64,000 nt of DNA from Deltaproteobacteria bacterium (GCA_003161515.1 PMOH01000316.1:1210-65209), one strand, 5' to 3'; shown: positions 1 to 9,925, numbered from the stretch's first letter. Numbers and translations: made by a program. The notes: generated by a model not told the origin, from the sequence alone.

Positions 1-46
1 GATGTTGCCCATGACTCGATTCTCCTGTGATTTGGATTCGTCTCTC

Positions 47-90
47 TAATAAAAGAGCCCGCAGAGCCGATTAAAGAGACCCTGCGGGCT
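47..90 (-). terminator. Putative intrinsic terminator after minus-strand VWA gene
   Basis: 9-bp stem AGCCCGCAG/CTGCGGGCT (56-64 and 82-90). On the minus strand it is followed by a T-rich tract (the reverse complement of TAATAAAAG at 47-55). The loop is long at 17 nt. Confidence 0.3.
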
Positions 91-188
91 ATCCGCCGCA
101 CCACACATCCCCAGAAAGTTTAAGGCCGTTCGCCCCATTGCGAGACGGCCCGTTCCCGATTTCAGGGGAGTTAGAAACCGGTACGTCT

Positions 189-761
189 CTAGAGTCTAAT
201 CACGTTGCCCGATGGCGGCGGGAGCATCAGAGCGACCGCGCCCGCGAACCCGAGGGCTTTCTGACTCAGATCGAAAGTTGAGAAGCGCCCGTGTCCGATG
301 TGCGCCAGCTCGCGCATGAAGGCTTCCGCTTCGGGGTTCGCCTCGCCGATATAGAGCGTGTCGATAATGCCCGAGGTCTTGCGCGCGAGGCTCAAGGTGT
401 CCTCGGGATCGGCCACCGCGCCGTCTGACATGACGAGCGAATAGTCGGGCCTGCGAGTTACCAGAATGCGAAACGCGGTGCTCATGTGAGTGGTCCCGCC
501 GCTCCACAATTCGTCGGCTGATTTGAGTTCGCGAGCCGATGAATCGAATCCGATGATGCGGACCTTGCCGGAATATGGCGCGAGGGCCTGGCGCACGCAA
601 TCTTGACGGCGCATCCCACGTTCTGGCGTGGGTGATTCCATAGAGCCTGAGCAATCGGCGATTACCCAATCGCCACCGAGCGCGTCCGATAACACAAGCG
701 AATTGGCGTCACTGGATTGACGCGCGAGTCGTGAATTGTTCCTGAGAGTTAGGCTTGACAT
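189..761 (-). CDS. von Willebrand factor A (VWA) domain protein
   Basis: MIDAS-like DCSGSM, plus SGGTT and SDG motifs. A strong AGGAGA Shine-Dalgarno sits 9 nt upstream of the ATG at 761. The longer ORF runs to 878 but has no RBS. Confidence 0.5.
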   Translation of the reverse strand: MSSLTLRNNSRLARQSSDANSLVLSDALGGDWVIADCSGSMESPTPERGMRRQDCVRQALAPYSGKVRIIGFDSSARELKSADELWSGGTTHMSTAFRILVTRRPDYSLVMSDGAVADPEDTLSLARKTSGIIDTLYIGEANPEAEAFMRELAHIGHGRFSTFDLSQKALGFAGAVALMLPPPSGNVIRL

Positions 762-895
762 TGTGATTTCGATTCTCCTGATTCGGTTTGGGCGTTTTGT
801 CGTGACACAGAGTCTATATTGGAAAAAGCGTACCAAGCAGATTGTGCCGGCGCCGCATGGCATCCAAGATGCATACATACGGCGCCGGTTGCCCT

Positions 896-1279
896 TCAGG
901 AGTCTAGGAATCTTTGGGGCTTGTAGACTAGGTGACGTTGCGCGAGGGCAGCGACCAGAGACCGGAAAGCTAGGTCGGTGCGAAACCAGACTTGCGCGCC
1001 AGCAATCGGGCCAGCCGCGCGCAACGTGATTAGCGGTTCCTCGCGATGCTGACCTTTTGCGAAGCCTGAAAATTCAACGCGCGCAATCGAATCTCCTAAG
1101 TTGAGAGATAGTCCTGTGTAGGCGTCAAGTTGAGCCGACCATTCCGCATTGCACGGTGCTACTTGAAAGAGAACACCATGCGCGATCACTTTCAGCGCTA
1201 ATTCACTGGCAGTCATTTGAGTATGAAGACTCGCGCGAGCATCAGGACAGTTACAATCAAGGCAGACATCAGGAGGCAA
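896..1279 (-). CDS. hypothetical protein
   Basis: ORF of 127 aa in the same orientation as its neighbours. No recognisable motif. Confidence 0.3.
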   Translation of the reverse strand: MPPDVCLDCNCPDARASLHTQMTASELALKVIAHGVLFQVAPCNAEWSAQLDAYTGLSLNLGDSIARVEFSGFAKGQHREEPLITLRAAGPIAGAQVWFRTDLAFRSLVAALAQRHLVYKPQRFLDS

Positions 1280-1467
1280 AAGATTGTTGCGGCCTGTCCG
1301 TTCAATCCCATAGTCTCTTGATGGTCCAGAATCGCGCGATCGCTTGCGCTTAATTCACCGCGCAAGTCGTGCGAATGATAGCAAGGCCAGCATGTGAGCA
1401 AACCCTTGCCCTTGCGTCCGTTGCAGAACGGGCAGACTAGTGAATTTCGAATGAGCGGATAATCCAT
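1213..1467 (-). CDS. hypothetical small Cys/His-rich protein
   Basis: 84-aa ORF with a CPFCNGRKGKGLLTCWPCYHSH cluster, which could bind zinc. It overlaps the downstream ORF. Confidence 0.25.
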   Translation of the reverse strand: MDYPLIRNSLVCPFCNGRKGKGLLTCWPCYHSHDLRGELSASDRAILDHQETMGLNGQAATIFCLLMSALIVTVLMLARVFILK

Positions 1468-1589
1468 GATTCAATTCTCCCTGAATGAAAGTTTCGGGCA
1501 GACACATCAATAGAGAACGCGCGAGCTATTCCCGCGCGTCTCTATCGATAGTGTTTCGTCTCATTTCAGAGACTCATCAGTGCTTTTCG

Positions 1590-2264
1590 TTATGCGACTT
1601 TGTGTCCGTAAGCGTATCCGTTCCCATTCGCGCGCATGGTGTTCCAAGCGCGTTTGGCAGCATGCGAGCGACACGCGCACGTTACCGCGTCACCATTGCA
1701 AGATGACTGAGAGGCAGACTTGCGCGCGCTACTCTTAGATGACGCACGGTCAGACATTCCAGAATCCTTCCGCGCATTCTGATATTCCGCGCGGGCCCAC
1801 TGTGATGCGCGTTCTGACTGTTCCATCTTCTCGCGCAAGGCATCGAGTTTCGCGCTAGCGGCCTCGCGCGCGGCCTTCTCAGTAGCTTTCCGCAGTGCAT
1901 CCTGTTTTGCAGCGTCGGCGGCCTCTTGGGCTCGCTTTGCACGTTCTGCACGGACCTTTTCTTGCGCGGCCTTCTCCGCGGCCTTCACATCCGGAGCAAA
2001 TGCACGGTCGATTAGTTCAGCATCGACTAGCAGATACTTATCTGCGAGCGATTGCGCGAGTTTGACCGCGGACACCATTTCATCCTGAGTACATCCGTTC
2101 TCTATGGTCTTACGGCGCAAGTAAATGACCTTTTCGATTTTCGAGCATCGAGGACAGTTACGGTCAAACTTCCCTAGTTGAAACATGGTCGCGCAACCGG
2201 CTTTGTGATCCAGCGTGCTCCCTGCATTCGTTCCCGTGTCTGATTGATTCGTTGAAGTATCCAT
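1590..2264 (-). CDS. hypothetical coiled-coil protein (Ala/Lys/Glu-rich)
   Basis: 224-aa ORF. It has an N-terminal CxxC pair and a long AEKAAQEKVRAERAKRAQE-type coiled-coil segment. Confidence 0.4.
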   Translation of the reverse strand: MDTSTNQSDTGTNAGSTLDHKAGCATMFQLGKFDRNCPRCSKIEKVIYLRRKTIENGCTQDEMVSAVKLAQSLADKYLLVDAELIDRAFAPDVKAAEKAAQEKVRAERAKRAQEAADAAKQDALRKATEKAAREAASAKLDALREKMEQSERASQWARAEYQNARKDSGMSDRASSKSSARKSASQSSCNGDAVTCACRSHAAKRAWNTMRANGNGYAYGHKVA

Positions 2265-3057
2265 TTGATTCGTTCTCCTGTAGGCAATTTAGGCAGACAC
2301 TATCGATTGAGTTTTCAATCGTCGCTCGCATCTCACTGCAAGTGTTCCGTCTCGCCGGAGAATCAAGTCTTAGTTGATTTACTCTCTGTCCGAGCAAACA
2401 TGGTTATCGGTAATGTTCAAACTACAGACTAGTGCGTAATTTGTCAAGCGACAATCTGCATTTATTTCGTTCTCTGTATGATTATCGAACGTATATAAGG
2501 CATATTTCTTTTTAATCAGTGCGTAGCATGTACATAGGGACTAGTCCGCAGTGCGCTACAGGCGCGATGTGAGCCCCTTCCCTTACTCTCTTACTATGAT
2601 CTCTCTTGTATCATCACAGATGCTTCATATGGGTATGATGCTATGAGATAGAGTTTCTATGCTCTTTCCTGTACGCACTAGTCGCCACGATAGAACGGAT
2701 TCGCATCCCTCGATACATAGAGCACATCTTGCGTTATTTTGTCGCTTCAAGGCCTAATTCAGTACTATCATGCCCGTAGCATTGTATTGAGAATACAACG
2801 TCACGCTTTCGGGATTGTCCTTTGTTTCATTGATGTTTATGCCGATTACTCCATTGCCGGGTGGGTGCCCTCGGCCAATGGCGTTTCCGTGCGGGCAGCG
2901 GCGTCCCCGCGTAACTGGGGTAAAATTTAGGGAAATTGGGAAGGAATTGCGAAAACCGGGAGGAGAAATTACAGAAAAATAATTACAGAATTTTGGAGAA
3001 CGTGGAATCCGGGGCTTGTTCTAAGGGTGGACGGGGGAGTAATTAGTTTTTCGTACC
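2265..3057. promoter_or_regulatory. AT-rich divergent intergenic control region
   Basis: About 800 bp without a credible ORF and with visibly lower GC than the rest of the window. It lies between the minus-strand block (ends 2264) and the plus-strand block (starts 3058). It contains direct repeats AATTACAGAA x2 and GGAAATTGGGAAGGAATTG-type GGAA/ATT iterations near 2929-2990. Confidence 0.4.
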
Positions 3058-4185
3058 GTGGGTGATGAACAGATGAACAGATTGAAGCCAGAGAGAAGAG
3101 CGGAAGTGGAGCGGCGGCTGCGAGCTGGGGAAGGGGTTCGACAGATTGGGGCAGAGACGGGGGTGTCGAAAGAGACGGTGAGTCGGATCGCGGCAGAGAT
3201 GGGGATTAAGTTCGGGGGACCAGGGAGCAGACCTCGAGCAGGGGGCCGTGGGGTAGCGGTTCCCGGGCCGCGCGAGCCCCGAATTGAATTAGGGCTGACG
3301 CCAATTCAAACTGGAGACCCGATTGGGGAGACGATCGAAGCTTTCGAGAAGCGCGTGGGGGAGATAGACACAGAGTTGGCAAGCTTGGGGCCGCGGGTCG
3401 AGGTGCTGCAGGCCGAGGCAGCTCAGTTGAGGAAGGCGACGGAAGCGCTGTACGAGGTGTTTCACACGAAACCATCGTCGGGAGCTTCGGGGACGATACA
3501 CCCAGCGGAAAGAAAAGGTCATTGGGGAGACGGCGAGGTCTATCACCCGACGTACGGAGGCGGCGCAGCGAAGCGGACGACGACTACGTGGTGGATCCGG
3601 TATTACGCGGATGGAAAGCGAATTGCGGAAAACGCGCATACGCGCGACGAGGGAGTGGCGCGCGCGTTGGTGCAGTCGAGGGGATTGACCCGCAGCATCG
3701 GGCCGAACTTGCGACAGCGGATCGCGGAGAGGAACAGTTCCGGAAGGGTGGCCGAGCGGATTAAGGCTCCGGTCCTGAAAACCGATGAGGGGAAACCCTC
3801 CGCGGGTTCGAATCCCGCCCCTTCCGCCAAAATATCTGGGAATGGCGGGGCGCCACCGCCGGAAAAACGTGCAAGCACGGCCGGCGGCGTCGAAGCCGGC
3901 GCATCAAGCTCCGTCACCCTGTCGGCGTCGATCGCGCGCGAGATCTCGAGCAGCATGACGGCGCGCGTCAAACCGCCGATACAGCCTGCACGGCCGCGGC
4001 CCAAGCCAGCAGCGCCTCAACTGAGCGCCAGCTTACCGGAGGGTTCGCGGCTGAAATGGTCGGACAAGCAGAACAAGATGGTGATGACGGCGCCGGATGG
4101 GACCGAATTTGCGCCTGACCCCGGCCACGGCCCGAAAGAGGCGAACAATTGGAAGCCGCACTTCGATGGACTCCGGAATGCGTAG
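3058..4185 (+). CDS. HTH DNA-binding protein with Pro/Gly/Ala-rich low-complexity C-terminus
   Basis: N-terminal resolvase/transposase-type HTH (VRQIGAETGVSKETVSRIAAEMGI) followed by a coiled coil. There is no DDE or serine-recombinase catalytic motif. Start is GTG at 3058 or ATG at 3073. Confidence 0.4.
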   Translation: MGDEQMNRLKPERRAEVERRLRAGEGVRQIGAETGVSKETVSRIAAEMGIKFGGPGSRPRAGGRGVAVPGPREPRIELGLTPIQTGDPIGETIEAFEKRVGEIDTELASLGPRVEVLQAEAAQLRKATEALYEVFHTKPSSGASGTIHPAERKGHWGDGEVYHPTYGGGAAKRTTTTWWIRYYADGKRIAENAHTRDEGVARALVQSRGLTRSIGPNLRQRIAERNSSGRVAERIKAPVLKTDEGKPSAGSNPAPSAKISGNGGAPPPEKRASTAGGVEAGASSSVTLSASIAREISSSMTARVKPPIQPARPRPKPAAPQLSASLPEGSRLKWSDKQNKMVMTAPDGTEFAPDPGHGPKEANNWKPHFDGLRNA

Positions 4186-4485
4186 CGAGATTCGTGTGGA
4201 TTGCGGTATTGAGGGTTGCGGGCGTCCATTCTATGCTTTGGATTTATGCAACAAACATTGGGCGCGCCCACGCGGTCAGCCTCATGTCCCTGCTCAGTAT
4301 TTTCTTCGCATCATGTGGTATTTGGGCCGGTGCGCCCGACATCTCAGTGTGCGTCGGCGGGCAGCATCAGGGCCGTAATTCATGGCAGCCGCTCGTATAT
4401 GTCTGTTCGAATTGGGATTCCAAACCGTAGTGCTCGCATTCGGGGAGCGCTTGGTGTATGACTCTCGAAACGGAGGACGGGTTTT

Positions 4486-5163
4486 ATGGACGGATTGACG
4501 GAAGGGCGCATTGTTCACCTCGCACGGCCGAACGAAGTCAAAGACCACTGCCTGGCGGCGATCGTTACTCGAGTGTTCGAACCGGGATTTGGACGTCCGG
4601 TGGGCTTCGACTCGCTGGGACGCGCGATCGATGCGCAGGGACGCCTGGTGCAGTTCGACTCAGCCGGCGTACCGCTGGCGCCTGGCTCGGCGGTGCCGGT
4701 TCTTCATCCCGCGCGCCAAGTCATGCCGAACGCGCCAGCCGCGGTCACGGATGACGACGCAGACTCGATTCGATTGCGTGTGCGTGATGGAGCCCCCGTC
4801 GACGAGCGCGTGATGGTTAATCTGCATGTGTTCAAAGACGGCGCGCAGCAATTCGTGACCGGCGGCGGTATCCAGCAGACGCTTCATGTGCGCGGCGTTT
4901 TCGAGGCTCCCGAAGGCGAGCTCCTGGAAAATACCTTCCACGATCCGCGCAACTGCCCGCGCCTGCACCCCGAGGTGATCGCCGAAAAAGCGGCCGCCAA
5001 AGAGCGCGACCGGCTCGCCAGGGAAAATCAGACCGACGACGAAGCGCGGCGGATTCGTGAGCTTCACGAGAGCGGCGAAGTCCAAGCCGGGCAGGCCGAA
5101 CAGGTCAAACTCGTCGGACAGGCCGACAATTCCGAGCGGAGCACCTTCGGGGAGCAGCATTAA
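4486..5163 (+). CDS. hypothetical protein
   Basis: 225-aa ORF with a coherent codon pattern. No recognisable motifs. Confidence 0.35.
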   Translation: MDGLTEGRIVHLARPNEVKDHCLAAIVTRVFEPGFGRPVGFDSLGRAIDAQGRLVQFDSAGVPLAPGSAVPVLHPARQVMPNAPAAVTDDDADSIRLRVRDGAPVDERVMVNLHVFKDGAQQFVTGGGIQQTLHVRGVFEAPEGELLENTFHDPRNCPRLHPEVIAEKAAAKERDRLARENQTDDEARRIRELHESGEVQAGQAEQVKLVGQADNSERSTFGEQH

Positions 5164-5168
5164 GCCAT

Positions 5169-5465
5169 ATGGGAAAGAAGAGCACGCTTGAGCATCCGGC
5201 CGTCGGCAGGCATCGCACGGGCAACGGCTATGCGGCCATCGCTTCATCTGCTGTTAAGGAGACGCGCGAGCGCTGCCAGCGCTACTTCGCCCACTGCGAA
5301 AAATGCGCGCGCTGTAAGAAGGCGGGGCCGGGTAAGCATTTCTGGAACAAGCGTTCTTGGATGTGCCCGGTCGGCTGGCTCCTCTTCATCGCCTGGTACG
5401 GCGAGCGCGAGTACGAGGCCGCGACTGCGATGGCCCGGCGGAAAATAGTATCTGCCAGTGATTGA
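5169..5465 (+). CDS. hypothetical Cys-rich small protein
   Basis: 98 aa, with CQRYFAHCEKCARCKK and a later CPVGW. A possible zinc-binding protein. Confidence 0.3.
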   Translation: MGKKSTLEHPAVGRHRTGNGYAAIASSAVKETRERCQRYFAHCEKCARCKKAGPGKHFWNKRSWMCPVGWLLFIAWYGEREYEAATAMARRKIVSASD

Positions 5466-5501
5466 CACTATGACCGACAGCGAGTAATAACTGTCGGTCA
5501 T

Positions 5502-5822
5502 ATGAGCCAACTAACTCACTGTCCTAGCTGCGGCGACAAGATCATGCCGGACCCGGCTGACTTCAAGGAAACCCGCACCGCCGCCGGATTGACTCAGCGC
5601 GATATGGCCAAGCTGCTCGGCGTCAAGGCCAGCCACGTTGCTTATCTCGAGAGTGGCCTGCGCCATCCGAGCGGAGAACTGATCCTGAAGTTCAACGCTG
5701 TCCGCGACAAGCTCGCCGCGCGCACCGAGCGCAAGGCCGTGCGCACGCTGAAGCAAGTGCATAAACGAATGCAGCAACAGAATAAGCGGCGGCCGAAGTC
5801 TAAAGTCAAAAAGGCGGCTTAA
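5502..5822 (+). CDS. XRE-family HTH transcriptional regulator with N-terminal zinc ribbon
   Basis: CPSCGDK ribbon, then a classic XRE HTH (LTQRDMAKLLGVKASHVAYLESGLRHPS) and a basic tail. Confidence 0.5.
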   Translation: MSQLTHCPSCGDKIMPDPADFKETRTAAGLTQRDMAKLLGVKASHVAYLESGLRHPSGELILKFNAVRDKLAARTERKAVRTLKQVHKRMQQQNKRRPKSKVKKAA

Positions 5823-5825
5823 CTG

Positions 5826-6290
5826 ATGCCGACCGTGAACATCCCGCCTTGGCTGCGAAAACTCAAACAGAGCTGGTGGTTTCAACTGATCGTCCAGCCT
5901 TTCGTAGTCGCGGCGATGCCGGTCTTATATCTGTCGTCGAACGGGTTTGCTGACATCACATCTAACTCCATCAAGGCCGCCGCGATCGCCGGTGGATCGT
6001 CACTCTACTCCGCATACCAGAAGGGCTTTAACGACCCATCGTACAATCCATCGGGGACGGACAATCAGCAAATCGCCGAAGTCGTGAAAGCCGACGCCGC
6101 CAACTCGCCGGTTGCCGTCGTTCCAGTCTCATCGCCGCAAGTGCGCGAGCGGATTCGTGATGTGGTAGACTCGGGCGCTCCCGTGGCCGTGGTGACGCAA
6201 CCGACTCTCGCGCTGAGTGACGCGATGCAAAAAGCGAACGCGGATAGCAGCGTGCCGACAACCGCATCGATAGCGAATAAGCCATCGTGA
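5826..6290 (+). CDS. membrane protein
   Basis: N-terminal transmembrane segment (WWFQLIVQPFVVAAMPVLYL). Function unknown. Confidence 0.4.
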   Translation: MPTVNIPPWLRKLKQSWWFQLIVQPFVVAAMPVLYLSSNGFADITSNSIKAAAIAGGSSLYSAYQKGFNDPSYNPSGTDNQQIAEVVKADAANSPVAVVPVSSPQVRERIRDVVDSGAPVAVVTQPTLALSDAMQKANADSSVPTTASIANKPS

Positions 6291-6465
6291 GGCGAGTCGC
6301 GCTTATCGCGTTCTGGTTCCTCTACACAGTCGGCGGCGTCCCCGATAAGGCCGGTCCCTTCGCTTCTCCGATCCGCTGCCAGCATTTTATGGAAGCATTT
6401 CTCGCCAACGACCCAACTTACCAGATACTTGTTACCAAACTTCGTTTCTCGGACGGAGAGACAAA

Positions 6466-6936
6466 ATGACCCCGGAACAGCAGGAGAGGACGATGCAGAC
6501 ACCGCCGTACGAAGAGCGTTTCGATAACGAATACTGGCGCATCAAGTCGATCACGATAATATGGGCGTCCTTCTGGGTGATGGTATTCCTCCTGGGACTG
6601 CTAGTGATCGTATTCTTCAGCGGTTGCGCCACGATCGAGTTGGACTGCCCGACGACTGGGGGCGAGACCATCGCGGTTGGCGGTAGCACCGTCGGCAATC
6701 AGATCGTGGCGCTAGGTATCCTGGCGGCCCAAGGCGCGATGAAGTCGGGTGGCCTGGCGGCGCGTGAAGGAGCGACAGCGGCCGCCCCACCGCCGGTGAT
6801 GCACGTACACTATTCGTACGTTCCGATATTCGGATCCGACTATGTGTCATGCCAGGCGACGGGAGGCGGAGCGCCAGCGCCGATTCCCGTGGCGGTTATG
6901 AGCATGCCTGCGAACACGACGACGACGACTCACTGA
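6466..6936 (+). CDS. membrane protein
   Basis: Transmembrane segment IIWASFWVMVFLLGLLVIVFF followed by a Gly/Ala-rich region and a Thr-rich C-terminus. Confidence 0.4.
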   Translation: MTPEQQERTMQTPPYEERFDNEYWRIKSITIIWASFWVMVFLLGLLVIVFFSGCATIELDCPTTGGETIAVGGSTVGNQIVALGILAAQGAMKSGGLAAREGATAAAPPPVMHVHYSYVPIFGSDYVSCQATGGGAPAPIPVAVMSMPANTTTTTH

Positions 6937-7113
6937 TAGTCGGGTGAAAAAGAAACCGAAGGCGCCGAAGAAGCTCACGGTTGCGCAACGGCTCGCTGCC
7001 CTTGAACGAGTAGCGCACGACCCGAAGGACGTAACAGACAGGTTCCTTAAAATAGAGAAGCGGATTGCTGCCCTCGATAACGGCTATCGCAACTCAGGTC
7101 TAGGATTAGGTCG

Positions 7114-7623
7114 ATGATCATTGACATCGGCGACGCCATCGTGGTGCTCGGAGATTCCGCGCTAAGTTGGGCCATCAGCAAAATTACCGGGCCAGTTTCT
7201 CATATTGGCTTAGTAACGAAGGTTGTGCCGGTCGTCGAGGTCACGCAGGCGCTCGGCGACGGCATCAAGACTCTCACGCTGCCCGAGACGATGGCGACCG
7301 CGCGCTACGGCTACTGTCTGCACGACAACCTCTTCCCGCTGGCCGATCGCCAAAAAATGGTCGCTTGGGGCTTGAAGCAACTCGGAACTCCGTACGCATT
7401 TGCGGATCTGGCGCTCGAGGCCATCGACGCGCTCACCGGAAGCGAGAAGGCCAGCATTTTCTTCGATCAAGACGGCGCCGATATTTGCAGCCAGTATTTT
7501 TCGCTCGCGGCGATCCAAGTCGGGCGGTCTTGCGGTATCACGCCGCGCAAGGCGACTCCCTCGGACTGGCTTCATTATTCTCTGGCACAGACGAGCTGGT
7601 CGACGCAGCCGATCGCGAAGTAA
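7114..7623 (+). CDS. possible permuted papain-fold (YiiX/NlpC-P60-like) hydrolase
   Basis: 169 aa. The layout resembles the YiiX/DUF830 family (SHIGLV ... C..H). This is weak, by-eye similarity only. Confidence 0.3.
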   Translation: MIIDIGDAIVVLGDSALSWAISKITGPVSHIGLVTKVVPVVEVTQALGDGIKTLTLPETMATARYGYCLHDNLFPLADRQKMVAWGLKQLGTPYAFADLALEAIDALTGSEKASIFFDQDGADICSQYFSLAAIQVGRSCGITPRKATPSDWLHYSLAQTSWSTQPIAK

Positions 7624-7633
7624 GGGAAAGCGG

Positions 7634-8920
7634 ATGAAGATCGTGTTCGTGACGACCTGTAAGAATCGTGCCGCCCATCTGGCCAGAACGCTGCCGAAGA
7701 ACTTGGAGGACAATCCTCGATCGACGTTCCTGGTTCTGGACTATGGCAGCCAAGATGATTTGACATCTGTGCTGATGCCTTACCGGGACTTCAAGTACGG
7801 ACGGCTAGTTGTCTATCATTATCCGACCGACGGACCGTTCCGCATGGCCCACGCGAAAAACATGGCGCACCGGCTCGGAATCTTGGAAGGCGCCGACGTC
7901 TTGGTAAACCTCGACGCGGATAACTACCTCGGCGCCGGGTTCGAAGACTTTGTCGCGGAGAGATTTGAGAGCGACACGTTTCTCTGGTCCGGGCTGGTGC
8001 AGGGTCTCGGCCGCAAAATGCGGGGGGTCAGCGGCCGGATCGCGGTGACGCCGCAGGCGTTTCTCAAAGCCGGCGGTTACGATGAGAAGAAGTACGACAC
8101 TTGGGGGCCTGACGATAAGGATTTCAATGCCCGACTCTGTCACTTGGGCTACCGGCCCGTCCAGATCGATCGAAACTATCTGGCGGCGATCCCGCATGGC
8201 GATGGCGTGCGTTTTAAGGAGTACCCCGAGGCGCGTGAGAACGCGTTAGGAGAAGAGGCGGAACTGCCGCCGCCGGAGACCGCGGTCGCCAACTTTGGAA
8301 AGTTTGGCATGGGCGAGGTTCTCGGGCCCGGTGGCGCCCTGCAACTCGGCCCGATACCGACGCGCATCTTCGGAATCGGGTTGCACAAGACCGCGACCAG
8401 CTCGCTGCACGCCGCTCTTCAAATCCTGGGTTACGAGAGCGCTCACTGGGAGTCGGGGGCTTGGGCCAAAAGCGTCTGGGATGAAGTGCGCGCGGGAGGG
8501 ATTGCTCCGACCTTGGAGAAGTTTTATGCGGCGTCGGACCTGCCGATTAGCATTCTCTACAAAGAGCTGGATCGCGCGTATCCGGGATCGAAGTTCATCC
8601 TGACGATTCGGAATGAAGCCGAATGGCTGCGCAGCGTGCGCGATCACTTTTCGTACAAGAATCCGTTTCGGTGGGAATGGGACGTCTACCCGTTCAGCAA
8701 CGTGATCCATCAGGCGATTTACGGGCGCAAGACCTTCGACTACCACACCTTCCGGGCGCGCTATCGTTGGCACAACGCGGAAGTGATCGAGCATTTCAAG
8801 AATCGGCCCGATGATTTACTGGTGATGCGCACGCCGGCGTGGACAGATCTCTGCCGGTTTCTCGGAAACCCGGTTCCGAGCGTCGACTACCCGAGAAAAT
8901 TCGTAACTAACGGAGGATAA
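7634..8920 (+). CDS. bifunctional GT-A glycosyltransferase / sulfotransferase fusion protein
   Basis: ATG at 7634 with a GGGAAAG RBS. The N-terminal half has a beta4GalT/GT2-like GT-A fold with LVLDYGSQDD and a DAD metal motif. The C-terminal half has the sulfotransferase 5'-PSB P-loop GLHKTATSS and 3'-PB-like RNEAEWLRS. Confidence 0.5.
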   Translation: MKIVFVTTCKNRAAHLARTLPKNLEDNPRSTFLVLDYGSQDDLTSVLMPYRDFKYGRLVVYHYPTDGPFRMAHAKNMAHRLGILEGADVLVNLDADNYLGAGFEDFVAERFESDTFLWSGLVQGLGRKMRGVSGRIAVTPQAFLKAGGYDEKKYDTWGPDDKDFNARLCHLGYRPVQIDRNYLAAIPHGDGVRFKEYPEARENALGEEAELPPPETAVANFGKFGMGEVLGPGGALQLGPIPTRIFGIGLHKTATSSLHAALQILGYESAHWESGAWAKSVWDEVRAGGIAPTLEKFYAASDLPISILYKELDRAYPGSKFILTIRNEAEWLRSVRDHFSYKNPFRWEWDVYPFSNVIHQAIYGRKTFDYHTFRARYRWHNAEVIEHFKNRPDDLLVMRTPAWTDLCRFLGNPVPSVDYPRKFVTNGG

Positions 8921-8923
8921 CCA

Positions 8924-9808
8924 ATGACGCGTTTTAAGCTGGGGCAATTGCCGCCCGAACCAGATCCTAAAGCCAAGCTGCTCAAGAACTATCTCGATCG
9001 CAAGGCGATCACACCCCCGGCGACCGAACCGATCGACATGAGCAAGTACGCGGCGAAGTACGACTATGTGATGACTGCCATGATGGCTAACGGGCCTGAC
9101 CCGGTCGCGCCGCTAAAAATCGCGCCGTTCGGAGTTGGCGACTGCGTATTCGCAGCAGCGGTACGCTTCGCTGCCCTTGAAGGGCTGAGCCGGGGGCGTG
9201 TCCTGTTCAAGAACGCGGCTGATATGTGTACCGCCGCGCTCGATGGATACGCGAGCACCGGTTGGGACATCAACCAGACCGACTCGCAGGGCAACAACCC
9301 GACTGACCAAGGCACGATCCCGAACCGCGCTTTCAAGTGGCTCCAGACCAAGGGCTTGCTGTGCTCGAATGGTTCGCGCCACAAGTTCGGCCCGATGCTG
9401 CAGGTCAATCCCCTCGACTTCGCGGAAGTCATCATCGCGATGAATATCGCCCAAGGTATCATGATCGGGGTCAACTTCCCGGCTGCCTGGGACAACTCGC
9501 CGATATGGGACGTGACCAACACGCCACTCGAAGGTGGACACGAGATCCCCGGCTACTCGGACCTGAAGCTGACGACCAGCGGTATCCAGATCGACACTTG
9601 GGGCAACGCGGCGCCGGGGCCGCGCATCATTACGCCGGGTGGTCTCGCGCAGCAATGCAACCAACTCACGGTCATTATCGATCCGCTGGAGTTCGGATTC
9701 GGGCGCCACGGCAAGAAGGCCAACGGAAAGCGCCGGCGCGGGCGGAACATCGAGGGCTTCAACCATGCTCAGTGGCTCGCGGATGTTGCGGCTGACGGCG
9801 GATTTTAG
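8924..9808 (+). CDS. hypothetical protein, possible papain-like peptidase
   Basis: 294 aa. It has a GDCVFAAA Cys-containing motif and a downstream GGHEIPGY, which could be a Cys/His dyad. Speculative. Confidence 0.3.
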   Translation: MTRFKLGQLPPEPDPKAKLLKNYLDRKAITPPATEPIDMSKYAAKYDYVMTAMMANGPDPVAPLKIAPFGVGDCVFAAAVRFAALEGLSRGRVLFKNAADMCTAALDGYASTGWDINQTDSQGNNPTDQGTIPNRAFKWLQTKGLLCSNGSRHKFGPMLQVNPLDFAEVIIAMNIAQGIMIGVNFPAAWDNSPIWDVTNTPLEGGHEIPGYSDLKLTTSGIQIDTWGNAAPGPRIITPGGLAQQCNQLTVIIDPLEFGFGRHGKKANGKRRRGRNIEGFNHAQWLADVAADGGF

Positions 9809-9925
9809 AAAAGCTCCGAGCGCGGGCGTCCGGGCCTAACCGGAGCCTCCGGACTTTGCCAGCCGGTATCTGGCGGCTCGCGCTCGGTTCTTTGATCGTG
9901 CTAAGGGGAGAGGAGGGATACCTAC

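Noticed and set aside
3058-4185. Possible transposase for the cassettes (N-terminal IS-type HTH)
   Set aside because: Only the HTH resembles transposase OrfA-like proteins. The rest is low-complexity Pro/Gly/Ala sequence with no DDE, HUH or serine-recombinase motifs.
7400-7633. Upstream extension of the GT-sulfotransferase ORF to 7400 (506 aa)
   Set aside because: The extension is Arg-rich (MRIWRSRPSTRSPEARRP...) and overlaps the upstream gene. The ATG at 7634 has a good RBS and starts the GT domain.
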